Assembly: GCA_964431835.1 (NCBI GenBank)
Contig: CAYSKO010000009.1
Span: 8,330-72,329, forward strand
Source: an uncultured Planctomycetia bacterium
Lineage (GTDB): Bacteria; Omnitrophota; Gorgyraeia; 2-02-FULL-51-18
Length of the DNA: 64,000 nucleotides
Direction: 5' to 3'
Shown here piece after piece: positions 1-13,700 of this stretch. The translations under genes were made by a program, and so were the position numbers. How positions within the stretch are numbered: the first letter of the stretch is position 1; each line of letters opens with the position of its first letter. The notes below the pieces were generated by a model. The model saw only the letters and a list, made by a program, of their open reading frames with translations. It had not been told where the DNA came from and made no database searches.

Positions 1-1
1 C

Positions 2-3000
2 GATTCCGCGCAGCGCGAGACCCGCCAGTACCGCGGCGGCTCGGCCGGCTCCTCCGTCATCTCCGCAACGATGAAACTGCAGACTTGGACCTATTTCAAG
101 GGCGACGCCGGCGAAGAGCGGACCGACTATCAGCAGAACTACAAGTCCAACGGCACCGACGTGCGGAACACGCAGATCAGCTATTACCAGGATCCCGCAG
201 GCGCCGCCGGCGGGCTCGTACGCGCGGCCGCGGCAGGCCCCGACGCGGCGCTTCGTGAGACGAAACTCTGGCGCGGCGGCACGCCGAATTCGGACACGAT
301 CTCCGCCACGATGAAGCTCCAGACGTGGACCTACTATCTCGGCGAGGTCAATGAAGAGAAGACGGATTATTCGCAGAATTACAAGTCGAACGGCACGGCG
401 GTGCGCAACACGACGCTCTACTACTACGAAAATCCGGCGGGCGCGGGTCTCGTGCGCGCCGTGGGCGCGAACGTCGACTCCGCACAACGCGAGACCAAGC
501 TCTACCGCGGCGGCACCGGCGGCTCGGCCGCCGTCTCGGCCGCGATGAAGCTTCAGACCTGGACTTACTTCCAGGGCCTTTCCGGGGAAGAGAAAACCGA
601 TTACGCGCAGAACTACAAGGCCGACGGCGCGGCCGTCCGTAACACGACGATTTCCTATTATGAGGACCCCGCGGGCGGCGTCGGCCTCGTGCGTGCCGTC
701 GCCGCGACCCCGGACACCGCGCTCCGCCAGACCAAACAGTGGCGCGGCGGCTCGGCCGGTTCCGACGCGATCACCGCCGCGATGAAGCTTCAAACTTGGA
801 TCTACTTCCAGGGCGTCGTCGGCGAGGAAAAGAACGACTTCCTGCAGAACTACAAAGCCAACGGCACCGACGTCCGGAACACGATGTTCTATTATTACGA
901 GGATCCGGCGAACGCCGCCGCCCTCGTGCGGGCGATCGACGCGAACGGCGATTCCGCCCAGCGCGAAACGAAGCTCTTCCGCGGTGGTGCCGCCGGATCG
1001 GACACCATCACCGCCGCGATGAAACTCCAGACGTGGTCGTACTTCAAGGGTCAGGTCAGCGAAGAAAAACTCGACTACGTGCAGAACTACAAGGCGGACG
1101 GCACGACGGTCCGCAGCACCGTGATCACCTATTACGAAGGTCCCACCGGCGGGCTCATCCGCGCCTCGGTCGCCGACGTCGACTCGGCTCAGCGCGAGAC
1201 CAAGAGCTGGCGCGGCGGCGTGGCCGGTGCCGACACGATCTCCGCCACGATGAAACTCCAGACTTGGACGTACTTCCTCGGCGAAGTAAACGAGGAGAAG
1301 ACCGACTACTCACAGAACTACAAGTCCGACGGCACGACGATCCGCAACACGACGCTCCATTACTACGAAGACCCCGCGAACGCCGCGGCTCTCGCGCGCG
1401 CGGCCACTGCCGGAGCGGACTCCGCCCAGAAGGAAACCAAGCTCTACCGCGGCGGCGCCACCGGCTCCGACGACGTCTCGAGCCTCAAGCTCCAGACTTG
1501 GACCTACTTCAAGGGAATGGCCAACGAGGAAAAGACCGATTACCTCCAGAATTACAAACTCGACGGCACCACCGTCCGGAACACCCAGCTTCATTATTAC
1601 GAGGACCCGGCGAACGCGGCGGGTCTCGTGCGCGCGACGGCCGCGGACGTCGATTCCGCCCAGCGCGAGACGAAGCTTTACCGCCGCGGCACCGCGGGCA
1701 CGGACGCGCTCGCCGCCAACATGAAGCTCCAGACCTGGACGTACTTCCAGGGTGTGGCGAACGAAGAAAAGACCGATTACGTTCAGAGCTATCGCACCGA
1801 CGGCGCCACCGTCCGCAACACGACGATCAATTACTACGAAGACCCGGCCAACCCGGCCGGTCTCGTGCGCGCGGTCGCGGCCAGCGTCGATTCCGCCCAG
1901 CGACAGACGAAGGTGTACCGCCTCGGAACGGCTGGCTCGGACAACGTCTCCGCCCTCAAACTTCAGACCTGGACCTACTTCAAGGGCGAGGCGAACGAGG
2001 AGAAGATCGATTACCTGCAGAACTACAAGTCCGACGGCGTCGGCCTCCGCAACACCCAGATCAATTACTACGCCGATCCCGCCGGCGGCACGGGCGTCGT
2101 TCGCGCCACGGCCGCGGACGTCGACTCCGCCCAGCGCGAGACGAAGCTCTGGCGCGGCGGCACGGCGGGCTCGGACGTCATTGGGGCGACGATGAAATTG
2201 CAGAACTGGAGCTACTTCAAAGGCGACGCGAACGAAGAGAAGCTCGATTATCTCCAAAACTACAAGGGCGATGGCACGACGGTCCGCAACACGCAGGTCA
2301 GCTACTATCAGGATCCCGCGAACGCTGCCCCGACGGCTCTCGTGCGCGCCGCCGGCGCCAACTCGGATTCCGCCCAGCGCGAGACGAAGCTCTACCGCCT
2401 GGGCACTGCCGGCTCGGACAACGTCTCCGCCCTCAAGCTGCAGACTTGGACCTATTTCAAAGGCGACGTGAACGAAGAGAAGACCGACTACCTCCAGAAC
2501 TACAAGGTCAACGGCACGACGGTCCGCAACACGACGATCTCGTACTACGAGGGCGCGACCGCCGCCGCCCTAGTCCGCGCCGCCGCCGCCGATCCGGACG
2601 CCGCGCTCCGCGAGACCAAGACGTGGCGCCAGGGCACGGCCGGCTCCGACACGATCGCCGCCACGATGAAGCTCCAGACCTGGACCTACATGAAGGGCTT
2701 CGTCGGTGAAGAGAAGACGGACTTCCTCCAAAACTACAAGTCGAACGGCACCGACGTGCGCAGTACGCAGGTCCACTACTACGAAGACGCGGTGAACGCA
2801 GCAGCCGTCGTTCGCGCCGACGTCGCGGGCCCCGACTCGGCAATGCGTCAGACCAAGCTCTACCGGAAGGGAACTGCCGGATCCGACAATGTCGCGAGCC
2901 TCAAGCTCCAGACCTGGACCTATTTCCTCGGGACTTCGGGCGAGGAGAAGACGGATTACCTTCAGAACTACCGCACCGACGGCGCGACCGTCCGAAACAC

Positions 3001-4700
3001 CCAGCTCCACTATTACGAGGATCCCGCCAATCCAGCCGCGCTCGTGCGTGCGACCGCAACGAACGTGGATTCCGCCCAGCGCGAGACCAAACTCTACCGC
3101 GGCGGCTCGGCGGGCTCCGACGACGTCTCTTCCTTGAAGCTCCAGACTTGGACGTACTTCAAGGGCCTCTCGGGCGAAGAGAAGGTCGACTACACCCAGA
3201 CCTACAAGTCGAACGGAACCGACGTCCGCAACACGACGATTTCCTATTACGAGGATCCCGCCAACGCCGCCGCCCTCGTGCGCGCTTCCACCGCCGACGT
3301 GGATTCGGCGATGCGCGAAACGAAACTCTACCGCCTTGGCACCGCCGGCTCCGACGACGTATCCTCCTTGAAGCTCCAGACTTGGACTTATTTCAAGGGC
3401 GATGTCAGCGAGGAGAAGGTGAACTTCGCGCAAAACTACAAGGCGAATGGTACTGACGTCCGCAACACCACCATTTCCTACTACGAGGACCCCGCCGACC
3501 CGAACGCGCTCGTACGGGCGGCCGCGGCGCAGGCCGACTCCGCGATGCGCGAGACCAAACAGTGGCGCGGAGGCACGGCCGGCTCGGACACGATCTCCGC
3601 CACGATGAAACTCCAGACCTGGACCTACTTCAAGGGCGACGTCTCGGAGGAAAAGACCCACTACATGCAAGCTTACAAGTCCGACGGGAGCGTCCGTTCC
3701 ACGCAGATCTACTATTACGAAGATCCTGCGGGCGGAAACGGTCTGGTGCGCGCCGACGTCGCGGGCGTGGATTCGGCGATGCGCGAGACGAAGATGTTCC
3801 GCCTCGGAACCGCGGGTTCGGACAACGTCTCTTCCTTGAAGCTCCAGACTTGGACATACTTCAAGGGATTCGCGACCGAAGAAAAAACCGACTTCGCGCA
3901 GAACTACAAGTTCGATGGCACGAGCGTTCGCTCGACGACGATCAGCTACTACGAGGACCCCGCGGGCGGGGCGGCTCTCGTGCGCGCGGCGCTGGCGGGC
4001 CCCGACTCGGCGCTTCGCGAGACCAAGATGTACCGTTTCGGTTCGGCGGGTTCCGCGGCGACGGGCGGGCTCAATCTTCAGACCTGGACCTACTTCAAGG
4101 GAATCTCCGGCGAGGAAAAGACCGACTACGCTCAGAACTACAAGCGCGACGGCGTCACGGTACACGGCACCACGATCTCGTTCTACGAGGACCCCGCAGG
4201 TGGCACGGGCGTCGTGCGCGCGGAGACGGCCAACGGCGACTCCGCCCTCCGCGAAACCAAGAGCTACAAGAACGGCACTGGTGGCTCGGACGCGATCGTC
4301 GCCGGTATGGATCTCTTGAGCTGGACCTACTTCAAGGGGCTTTCGAGCGAGGAAAAGAGCGACTTTTCGATCAGCTACAAGAAGAACAACGACGTGCGCA
4401 GCACCCAGATCACCTGGTATGAGGACGTGAACGGCGCCGGTCTTGTGCGCGCGGCCGACGCGGATGTGGATGCGGCGATGCGCGAGACGAAGCTCTACCG
4501 GAAGGGCACGACGGGCTCCGACAACGTCGCGAGCCTCAAGCTCCAGACCTGGACCTACTTCAAGGGCCAGATGAACGAAGAAAAAACCAATTTCTCGCAG
4601 TCTTACTGGACGAACGGAACGACCGTCCAGAACACGACGATTTCCTACTACGAGTCGAACCCCTCGGGCGGCGCGCCCGAGCGCGCGGCCCAGGCGTCCG
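2..4700 (+). repeat. Tandem array of about 20 copies of a 79-aa (237-nt) coding repeat; degenerate copies continue to about nt 5460
   Basis: The motif (M/L)KLQTWTYFKG recurs with its first codon at nt 71, 311, 545, 782, 1019, 1249, 1487, 1721, 1958, 2192, 2435, 2676, 2903, 3135, 3371, 3604, 3838, 4070, 4308 and 4535. Unit consensus: ...SAQRETKLYRGGTAGSDxISAxMKLQTWTYFKGxxxEEKTDYxQNYKxDGTxVRNTxIxYYEDPANAAALVRAxAADVD. Two subtypes alternate: xISATMKLQ with ALRETKxWRGG, versus DNVSALKLQ with SAQRETKLYRLG. The window starts inside a copy, so the array extends upstream. Confidence 0.85.
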
Positions 4701-7700
4701 GCGATCAGGCGCTCGTGCGCAGCGATTCCTTCAAGAAAGGCGCCACCGGCTCCGACAGCACCTCCGGACTCAAGCTTTCTGCCAAGAGCTTCTTCAAGGG
4801 CCTCTCGAGCGAGGAAAAGACCGACTACGCACTCAATTACAACGGTCCCGCGGGTCAGGAAGACGTGGTCTCTGAGACGACGTCCTTCTACGGGGAAGCG
4901 AATCCGAGCCCCGACTACCGCGCTCAGGATGCGTACCTCTACGATCCGATGAAGCGCACTGAAACCCGCATCGGTGGTTCGAATAACGGAACCAACGACG
5001 GCCGTAAACGCACGTTCTCGTACTTCACGGGCAGCTCGGGTGAAGAGAAGGTGCTCTTCACGCAGTCGTACACCTACGACCAGCTCGTGTACGAGACCAC
5101 GAAAAACGCGTACGACCCGAACGACGGCCGCATGACCGAGTCGACGACCTACCGCCGCGGCAGCGAGGGCGTCAGCACCGTGACGGGCCTCCTTAAGAAG
5201 AGCAAGACGGTGTTCGCCGGCGAAGAGAGTTACGAGAAGGTGCACGAGTCGTTCGCGTACCGTCCGAATGGGTCGCTCAAGAACCACACGCTGTCCGAGT
5301 ACGAGGGCGGCTTGCTTGCGACGAACCCGAACATTCCGTTCGAAGCGGCTCTCCGCCGCCAGCAGACCTTCTACGGCCCCGCCTCGGCAGGCCGCCGCGT
5401 GAACGAATCGGTTTATCTCGGGGACTGGAGCGAGGAAAAGATCGACAGGATCACCGATTATAAAGGCGTCGTCACTCAGCACTATTACGACGGGTTCTTC
5501 TTCACTCCGGCCGGCGGCATGATGATGCCGAACGCCGCGCAGCCGAACAAATACGAGCTCGTCACGCGCACGGAGATCATCGGAAACGGCGACGTGAGCT
5601 ACTTCGGCATCAACCAGTTCAAGGAATCGCAGCAGAAATTCCAGACCGACTACAAGGGCACCATCACGACGTACGTTTATGATGCTTCCGACGTGCTCGT
5701 GAAGACGTCGGCCATCCAGACTGTTGCCCGCGCGATCGGCCTCGCCGGCTTCGTGCCGGAGCAGTCGGAGCTCGCGACGTTCTTCGAGCGCGATCTCTAC
5801 CTCGACACACGCGCCGTGTTCTCGACGAACGGCCTCAACAATATCACCTACAACCGCTACGACGGCGGCACCGGCGACCTCTTTTACACCATCGAGGTGA
5901 CGAACGCCTTCGCGGGGGCCGTCGCCGCCGTGAAATCCGCACCGGCCTCGATCGGAGCCTTCATTGGCGGCCTGACCGGCAACCCCGACACGTTCGTCCC
6001 CTCGGGCGGCCTCGGCGTGAACAAGATGACGAAGACTTACATGGAGTACGACCCCGACGACGGCACGACGCGCGCCTCGTTCCAGTTCAGCCCCAGCGGC
6101 AAGCGCATCGCCTTCACCTACGAGAAGATCATCCAGCCGACGTTCCCCGATGCGTCGAAGCGCTACCGCACGCTCGTGACGCGCACCTCGATGGGCATCG
6201 CCTCGACATTCGATTCGATCACGATTCAGAACAAGTACGGCCGCGTGACCGAGACCATCGACGCGGGCGGTATCTTGAGCTACTCGTACTACGTCCCGCC
6301 GCCCGGCCTGTGGGGTGTGCCGCTTAACGAGCAGACCTCGGTGCTCAATACGATCACGAAGTCGGATCTGAACGGCAAGACTCTCCAGACCCTGCAGACC
6401 GAAGTCTGGAACAACCAGGTCCCGATGTCCAACGAGATGGGCGAACAGGCGTTCAACACGCAGATCCTGACGCGCACCGAGTACCGCTATATGGAAGATC
6501 CGAGCACGGGCCTCCTCATCACCGCCGAAGCGGAGACCTATGCGGGCACGATTCGCATCCGCCGCCAAGTGTTCGACCAGTACATGCGCGTCACCGAAAT
6601 CTACGAGTGGCTGCCGACCGAAAACGGCCAGAAGCTGTGGGGCTTGGCGCAGAAATTCACGTACTACACGCCTCCGGGATACGGCCAGTTGAACCTGGGC
6701 GCCGGCGGGATGCTTCCGATGCCGACCAACGCGATCGCCTCGATCGTGAATGGCGGCGCGGTGAACGTCGGCGGCAACCTCGGCGGCGCTTCGCTGACCG
6801 GCGATGCGCTCACCGCGTGGGCCCTCAAGATGATCAACGCCGGCGACGCGTGGAGCAAGTACCAGACGATGGGTACGGGCGTCACGATGGCGATCCTCGA
6901 TTCGGGCTTCAACCTCGATTCCACCGCGGTCTGGAGGAACGCCGCGGAAGCTGCGGGCCTGCCGGGCGTCGACGACGACGGCAACGGCTACATCGATGAC
7001 GTCGACGGCTGGAACTTCGTCGCCGGCAACAACGACGTCTCGGACAAGCTCGGCCACGGCACGAACGTTGCTCGTGCGGCGCTGGCGGCGGCTCCCGGGG
7101 CGAACGTGATGCGTCTCAGCGTTCTCGACGAGTTTGGCCGCGGCACGGTCGAGAAGATCGCCGAGGGCATCGTCTACGCGGCCCGCAACGGCGCGAAGGT
7201 CATCAATCTTTCGATCGGCGGCGGTCTCCTCGACCTCCAAAGCTTCGGCATCGTCCGGACCGCGATCGAGACCGCAATGCAGATGGGCGCGCTCATCGTC
7301 GCGGCCGCCGGCAACCAGGGCAAGGAAGTCGATCCGTACTCGATCGCCGCGATCCAGGGCGTCATCGGCGTCGGCGCCAGCGACCAGGCAGACAAGAAGA
7401 GCGCTTTCTCGAACGTCGGCGGCAACGTCCGGATCGTAGCGCCTTCCGAGAGCGGCACGTCGATGGCGGCTCCGCTCGTCGCCGGCGCGGTCGCGCTCCT
7501 TATGAGCAAATATCCGTACAAGTCCACCGAAGAGATCCGCGGCCTACTCGAAGCGGGCGCGGTCGACCTTGGCGTTCCGGGCTTCGACCGTGAGACCGGC
7601 GCGGGCCGCCTCGATGTTGGCCGCTCTCTCGCCCTCGCGGCGCTTGGCGGTCCGATTTCGCCGCTCGCTCCCCAGGGTCCCGGCCCCGGCGGCTCTCCCG

Positions 7701-10700
7701 TTCCTCCGCCCGCGGGCGGCGAAGACCGCGGCGATCTCCTTTCGGCCCAGGATGGCATTGAGAGTGTCGAGATCACGATGCCCGAAGGCGGCAAGATCCG
7801 TTTCCCCGAAGGCGGCACGGTCGTCAAGAAGGGCGCCACGATCGTTGTGTCGGCCAACGGCGAGATCTCGGTCGAACCCGGCGAGGCCGTCACGCTGATC
7901 GGTGCCGCGAAACTCTTCCTGGTCGGCCCCGCGCTTATCCGCTCGCTGAACAACAACGTCGTTCTCACGTTCCCCAACGGCGGCGCGGTAAACCCGCCCG
8001 CGAAGCAATTTATCCCCGTGAGCGCGGGCAGCAGCGTCGGTCTCGAGGCGGGGGCCAAGCTTTCGTTCAAGAGTGGCGGCACCGTCACCGCGTCGGGCTA
8101 CGCGCGCGTGCGCCTGACCGCCGCCGGCACGCTGACCTTCGCGAACGCGACCCGTGTGATCCACAAGGGCTCTCCGATCATGGTCCCCGCGGGCGGAACA
8201 CTCGCGCTTGACGAGAACGAAGAGGTCATCATGCCGGACGGCGGCAAGGTGACCCTACCGTCGGCCGGAAGCATCCAGGCGGGCGAAACCGCGATCAACG
8301 TGACGCTCAACTCCGCGGCCGAAGTCGCACTCGAGGAGCAAGCGAGCGCCACGATCAAGGACCGCATCTCGAACATGTCTCTCGATGCGGCCAAAACTTC
8401 CGGCGTAATGTACATCGCTGGAAGCGCCCTCACGCTCGACCCGAACACCCGCGTGTACGGCTTGACTGGCCTGCCGACCACGCTTGCGGAGCTCGAGACG
8501 ACGTACCTCGACAACCGTCAGCGTACCTATCTCAAGTTGCTCGTCTCGAAGGACTCGTATGGACAGTGGCGCGCGGACCGCATCGATATGGTCCCGGCCC
8601 CGATCGAAACGACCGCGGGCCAGATCGACAGCCTCTACAACCCGAACGGTCTGAGCGTCCTGCCCGGCGTGCTCGACGGCACGAACGCGGCCGCCGGATT
8701 CGTGCGCTTCAACGACAACGATATCCGCGTGCTCGAGAGCACGATCATCAAGGACGCGAAGGGGAACACGATCACGGGCACGACGGCCGAGAAGATCGCC
8801 GTCCTCGAGCGCATCCGCCTCGAGGCCGAGGCCGACGGCATGATCCCGACCGTGAAGCTCGTCGCCACGAAGTCGGCCGACGGCTGGCAGGCTCTCCAGA
8901 TCCTCGTGACCACGAACCAGCCGACCGATCTCAACCCGACCCGGTTCACCGGCGCGATCACGGCGATCGATATGGCCAAAGGCGAGCTCACCTTCGACGG
9001 TAAGAAGATGACGTTCGACGCGGGCACGTTCATCGACAGCGTCACGGGCGAAGCGATGGAAGCCGCAGCCCTTAAGGCGTTCTTCGACGCGAACGTTTCT
9101 CGCAGCGTCGGTACTTTCGCGAAAGTCAACGCACGCCGCATCAACGGCGAATGGAAACTCGAGCGCATCGGCGTCATCTCCGACAGCGAGGGCGACGCGA
9201 AGCTCTTCGGCACGCTCGAGCTCGTGACCATCGGTGTCGCGCCAGCTCCGACGACAGTCAAGATGAACGGAAAGACGTTCACGCTCGACGCGACGGCTGA
9301 GCTTCTCGACGCCAACGACGCGCCGATCACTGCGCAAACTTTGAGTTCGATCCTCGGCCAGCAGGCGCTGGAAGGCGTCGCGACGAAGATCGATGTGAAG
9401 CTGAAGGCGACCCCGTCCGGCGTGAAGATCACGTCGCTCCGCACGCGCACCCGCCTGCAGTCGACGCTGAATCACACCGCGCAGGTCGTCTCCGTCGTGA
9501 TCGATCCGAACGACCCGACGAAGGGCACGATCGACTTCGGCTCGGGCGTGGTCGCGACCGTGGACGCCGGGACGGTCCTTCGCGACTCGCGCAGCCGCAC
9601 GATCACGCTCGCCGACCTGAAGCCCGAAGATTACGTGCAGATCCGCCTCGTGCAGACTCCCGAGGGCTGGCACGCCGAGCGCGTGACGATCTCCGACGGC
9701 GCCGCGCCGGTCAGCTCCATGACCGGCCCCGTCAACTCCGTGAACGTGAACGCCAACACGCTTTCGATCGCCGGCGTCACCGTGAACGTTTCACAGGACG
9801 CGACCGTCGAGGACGTCGAAGGCCGCATTTTCCCCGGCGGCCTCGCCGATCTGAGCGCCCTTCTTCAGGCCGGCCAGGTCCGCGTTTCCATCAAACTCGC
9901 GCTTCGCAACGGCCAGTGGATCGCGGACCGGATCGTCGTGCAAAGCGTCTCCGCGAAGGCGACCGAATTCGCCAGCTCCTCCATCCAGGCCGCGCACCTG
10001 ACGACGGACGCGCAGGGCAACGTCGTTTCGATGACGGTCAACGGCGAGACGGTGCGGGTCGGAAACGGCGGCACCGACGGCTTCTTCACGCGCGTCGAAC
10101 TGAACTACAAGGATCTCACCGACGTCGCCGGTCTCCAGCGCATCGGCATCCGCACGGACGCCAATTTCCCGGTGAATGACCCGATGTACACGGCCGTCAA
10201 GGGCCTGAACGGTCTTCTGACCGGAGCTTCGCCCACCATCGTCGACCCGACGACGCCCGTCACCGTGAACGTATACGCGGTGAAGGTCGGAAACGAGTGG
10301 CGCGCCTCGAAGGTCGTCGCCCGCACGATCGACGAACTCGCGGGCGGCCCCGGTTCGACGCTGAACGGCCCGCTCGAGGGGGTCGATCTCGACCGGCAGA
10401 TGATCACGATCAACGGCCAGTCGATCGTCGTCTTCAACCCGATGGCCGTCTTCGACGCTAACGGAGAATCCTACTCGCTGGCGGCCCTCAAGGAACTCTT
10501 CGAGGCCAACCGCCTCCGCGGCATCGAGACATACCTGAACGTCAGCTCCGCGCGCGGCTACAACCTGCAGACGAAGGCGATCGGCCACGGCCAGACGGCA
10601 ACGATCAAGAAGACCGTGACGGTGGCTCGTGACTCCAAACTCTCGTTCAACTGGAAGGTTTCCTCGGAAGCCAACGACAAATTCAGCTTCTTTATCGACG

Positions 10701-13700
10701 GCGTTCGGGTGGGCGCCGGCATCGGCGGCGAGATCGACTGGGCGAAGGTGACGACCGACCTCTCGGCCGGCGATCACGTCCTCGAGTGGAAGTACGTGAA
10801 GGACGGCGCCGTTTCGGCTGGTCAGGACGCGGCATGGCTCGACGAAGTGTTCATCAAAGCGAACACCGTCGACGTCGCGCACGGCGAGCCGCTTTCCGCG
10901 TTCGGCCGCATCGCGCTGCCGCCCGACTTCTCCTCGCCGTCCGACAATCCGTTTTACCTCCAGTCCGACACCGCGCGCGATTCCGGCGGCTGGGCCGCGC
11001 AGGCCGGGCGCGTGGAGATCGGCCAGACGAGCACGATGCAGCGTCAGGTCACCGTCGGCGCTCCGACCACGATGAGCTTCTGGTGGAAGGTCGATTCCGA
11101 AAGCGGCAACTCGTTCAATTTCTACGTCGACGACTTCGCGACGCCGGTCCGCACGGTCTCGGGCCGGAACGGCGGCTGGCAGCTCGTGACGGTGGATCTC
11201 TCGGCCGGCGCCCACACGCTTCGCTGGTCTTATAAGAAAACCGCCGCGAACGTCTCTTCGCAGGACACGGGTTGGATCGACGACCTCCGCATCGGCGACG
11301 AGGTCATCGACCGCTCGTTCAACCACCCGCAGGGCGTGCGTGCGCCGCTGCCGTCCGGATGGACGACGGGCGCCGCCGTTTGGACGAACCAAAACATTCT
11401 CGCTTCTGACGCGGCCGGCTTCGCGCTGCAGGCCGGCTCGACCGCGGCCGGAGCTACGTCGTACGCCGAGAAGACGATGACGCTCGCCGCCGCGGGGCTC
11501 CTGCGCTTCAAGGGCCGCCTTTCCTTGCCCGCGACCGACAAGCTCCTCCTTTACGTGGACGGCGCCGCAACGCCGGCGGTTACGATCACCGGAACCGCCG
11601 GCTGGATCGACTCGGGCGACCTTTCGCTTGGCGCGGGCGCGCACACGCTGCGCTGGGTATTTGACCGCTCGGGCACCGTCGGCGACGCGAGCGACGGCGC
11701 CTGGCTCGACGAAGTTTCCGTCCGCTACCCCGTCGCCACCGAAGCCTTCTCGTATCCCGCGGGTACTTCGCTTCCGCTACCCGCCGCCTACACGGTCGCC
11801 GGTGCGGGTTGGGCCAACCAAAACTCCGTTTCGTACGACAACGGCGGTTGGGCCGCGCGCGCGAACGCCACCGCCGCCGCCGCGAAAGCTTCGATGACGC
11901 GCACGCTCGACCTTCCGGACGCGGGGACCTTCAAGTTCCGCTGGAAGATGGAAGACGCACACGCCAACGACAAGATGAACGTCTACATCGACGGCGTTCT
12001 CCGCGCGACGCTCGCCGCCGCCGACGGCACGGCTTGGATCCAGAAGTCTTTCGACCTCGCCAAGGGCGAGCACACAGTGAAATGGGAGTACGACCGGACG
12101 ACTTCCGCCGGAGCCGCCTCGAACGACAAGGTGTTCGTCGACACGATTGAGGTCGGGACCGACCGCACCGAAACCTTCACGTATCCCGCGGGCACGGAAC
12201 TTCCGCTCCCGGCGGCCTTCACCACCACCGGCGGTTGGGTGAACCAGAACGCGGTCACGGTCGACATCAACGATTTCGCCGCGCGCGCGGGCTCGACGGC
12301 GGGCGGCGCGAAGTCTTCGATGACGAAGACCCTCACGCTGGACGACCCCGGTTCGGTCACGTTCAAGGTCCAGATGCAGGACCTGCACGCCAACGACCGG
12401 GTTCGCTTCTACGTGGACGGCGTTCTCAAGACCACGCTCTCGGCTGCCGACGGCGCGGGTTGGCTGCAGCGGACGGTGACCGGTCTTTCGAAGGGTTCCC
12501 ACCAGCTCAAGTGGGAATACGATCGCTCCGGCACCGCGGCGACCGTGCCGGCCAACAACAAGGTCTTCGTCGATCAGGTCGACGTCACACACGACCTCTA
12601 CTCCGAGACCTTCTTCTACCCGCCGGGGACGGAGATCCCGCTGCCGACGGGTTTCGTGACCAACAACTGGGTGAATCAGAACACGACCTCGTTCTCGGCC
12701 GGCGGTTTCGCAGCCCGCTCGGGCGACGTCGAAGCCGGCGCAACCTCCTTCATGACGCGCTCGTTGACGCTGACGAATCCCGCTTCGATCAAGTTCAAAT
12801 GGAAGCTCGAGGACGTTTCGGCGACCGACCGTCTGCATCTGTACGTGGACGGCCAACTTCGTGCGACGCTCGATCCCTCTGAGACCGGCTGGCTCGACCG
12901 CGCGGTTGCAATCGACAAAGGCACCCACGAGGTGAAGTGGATGTTCGACCGCAGCGGCACGGCGGCGGGCGGGTCGAAGAACAAGGCCTTTGTTGATCTC
13001 GTCGACGCAACCTACGATCCATTCACCGAGACCATGGTTTATCCCGCGAATACCGTCCTCGGACTTCCCGCGGGCTACACGACCGTCGGCGGATGGAAGA
13101 GCCAGAACAACGTCGCTTTCGACACGGGCGGCTACGGCGGGTTCGCCGCGCAGGCGGGGTCCACGGCCGCGGGCCAGACGACTTCGATGTCCAAGACCGT
13201 GACGATGCCGCAGGCCGGTAAGATGACCTTCCGCTGGAAGTTGGCGGGCGCCGCCGTGGGCGACAAGTTCAAGGTGCTCGTCGACGGCGTCGAACGTACG
13301 GCGAACACGCTCTCCGCCGACGCGGATTGGGCGCTCGTGACGCTGGACGGCCTTTCCGCCGGTGCGCACGAGATCGTTTGGGCCTATGAGCGGTCCGCTT
13401 CGGCTGGTTCGGCCAACGACCAGGCCTACGTCGACGAGATTGTCGCCACCGTCGAACGGACCGAGACTTTTATCCACCCCGCGAACACGGAGCTCGCTCT
13501 TACCGCCGGTTACGCCGCCACGGGCGCGGGCTGGGTCCTTCAGAATACCGTCGCCGCGGACACCACGCCGTTCGGCGGCTGGGCCGCACGTGTGGGCGCG
13601 ACCGCGGCGGGCGCCTCGTCGGGCCTCAAGAAGACGTTCAATTACGCCGCCGCGACCAAACTTTCTTGGCGCGTGAAGCTCGGCAGCCTCGCCACGGGCG

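Noticed and set aside
739-2709. 656-aa + strand ORF in another phase (and similar + ORFs such as 24097..26151 and 60856..61812)
   Set aside because: These are off-frame relative to the real reading frame. Their translations are extreme Arg/Pro/Gly low-complexity (RRRGKERLPAELQ...) and periodic only because they shadow the true repeats.
2-4700. Regular 237-nt periodic repeats that could superficially resemble a CRISPR-like or satellite array
   Set aside because: The repeats are contiguous with no unique spacers, are far longer than CRISPR repeats, and maintain an open reading frame with conserved amino-acid motifs. They are coding tandem repeats.
2570-7240. 1,556-aa ORF on the - strand (also 11777..15691, 19955..23053, 26528..29248, 33686..36475, 49634..51988 on the - strand)
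   Set aside because: Same reasoning. These overlap the S8 peptidase and repeat arrays encoded on the + strand, and stop-poor antisense frames are expected at this GC content.
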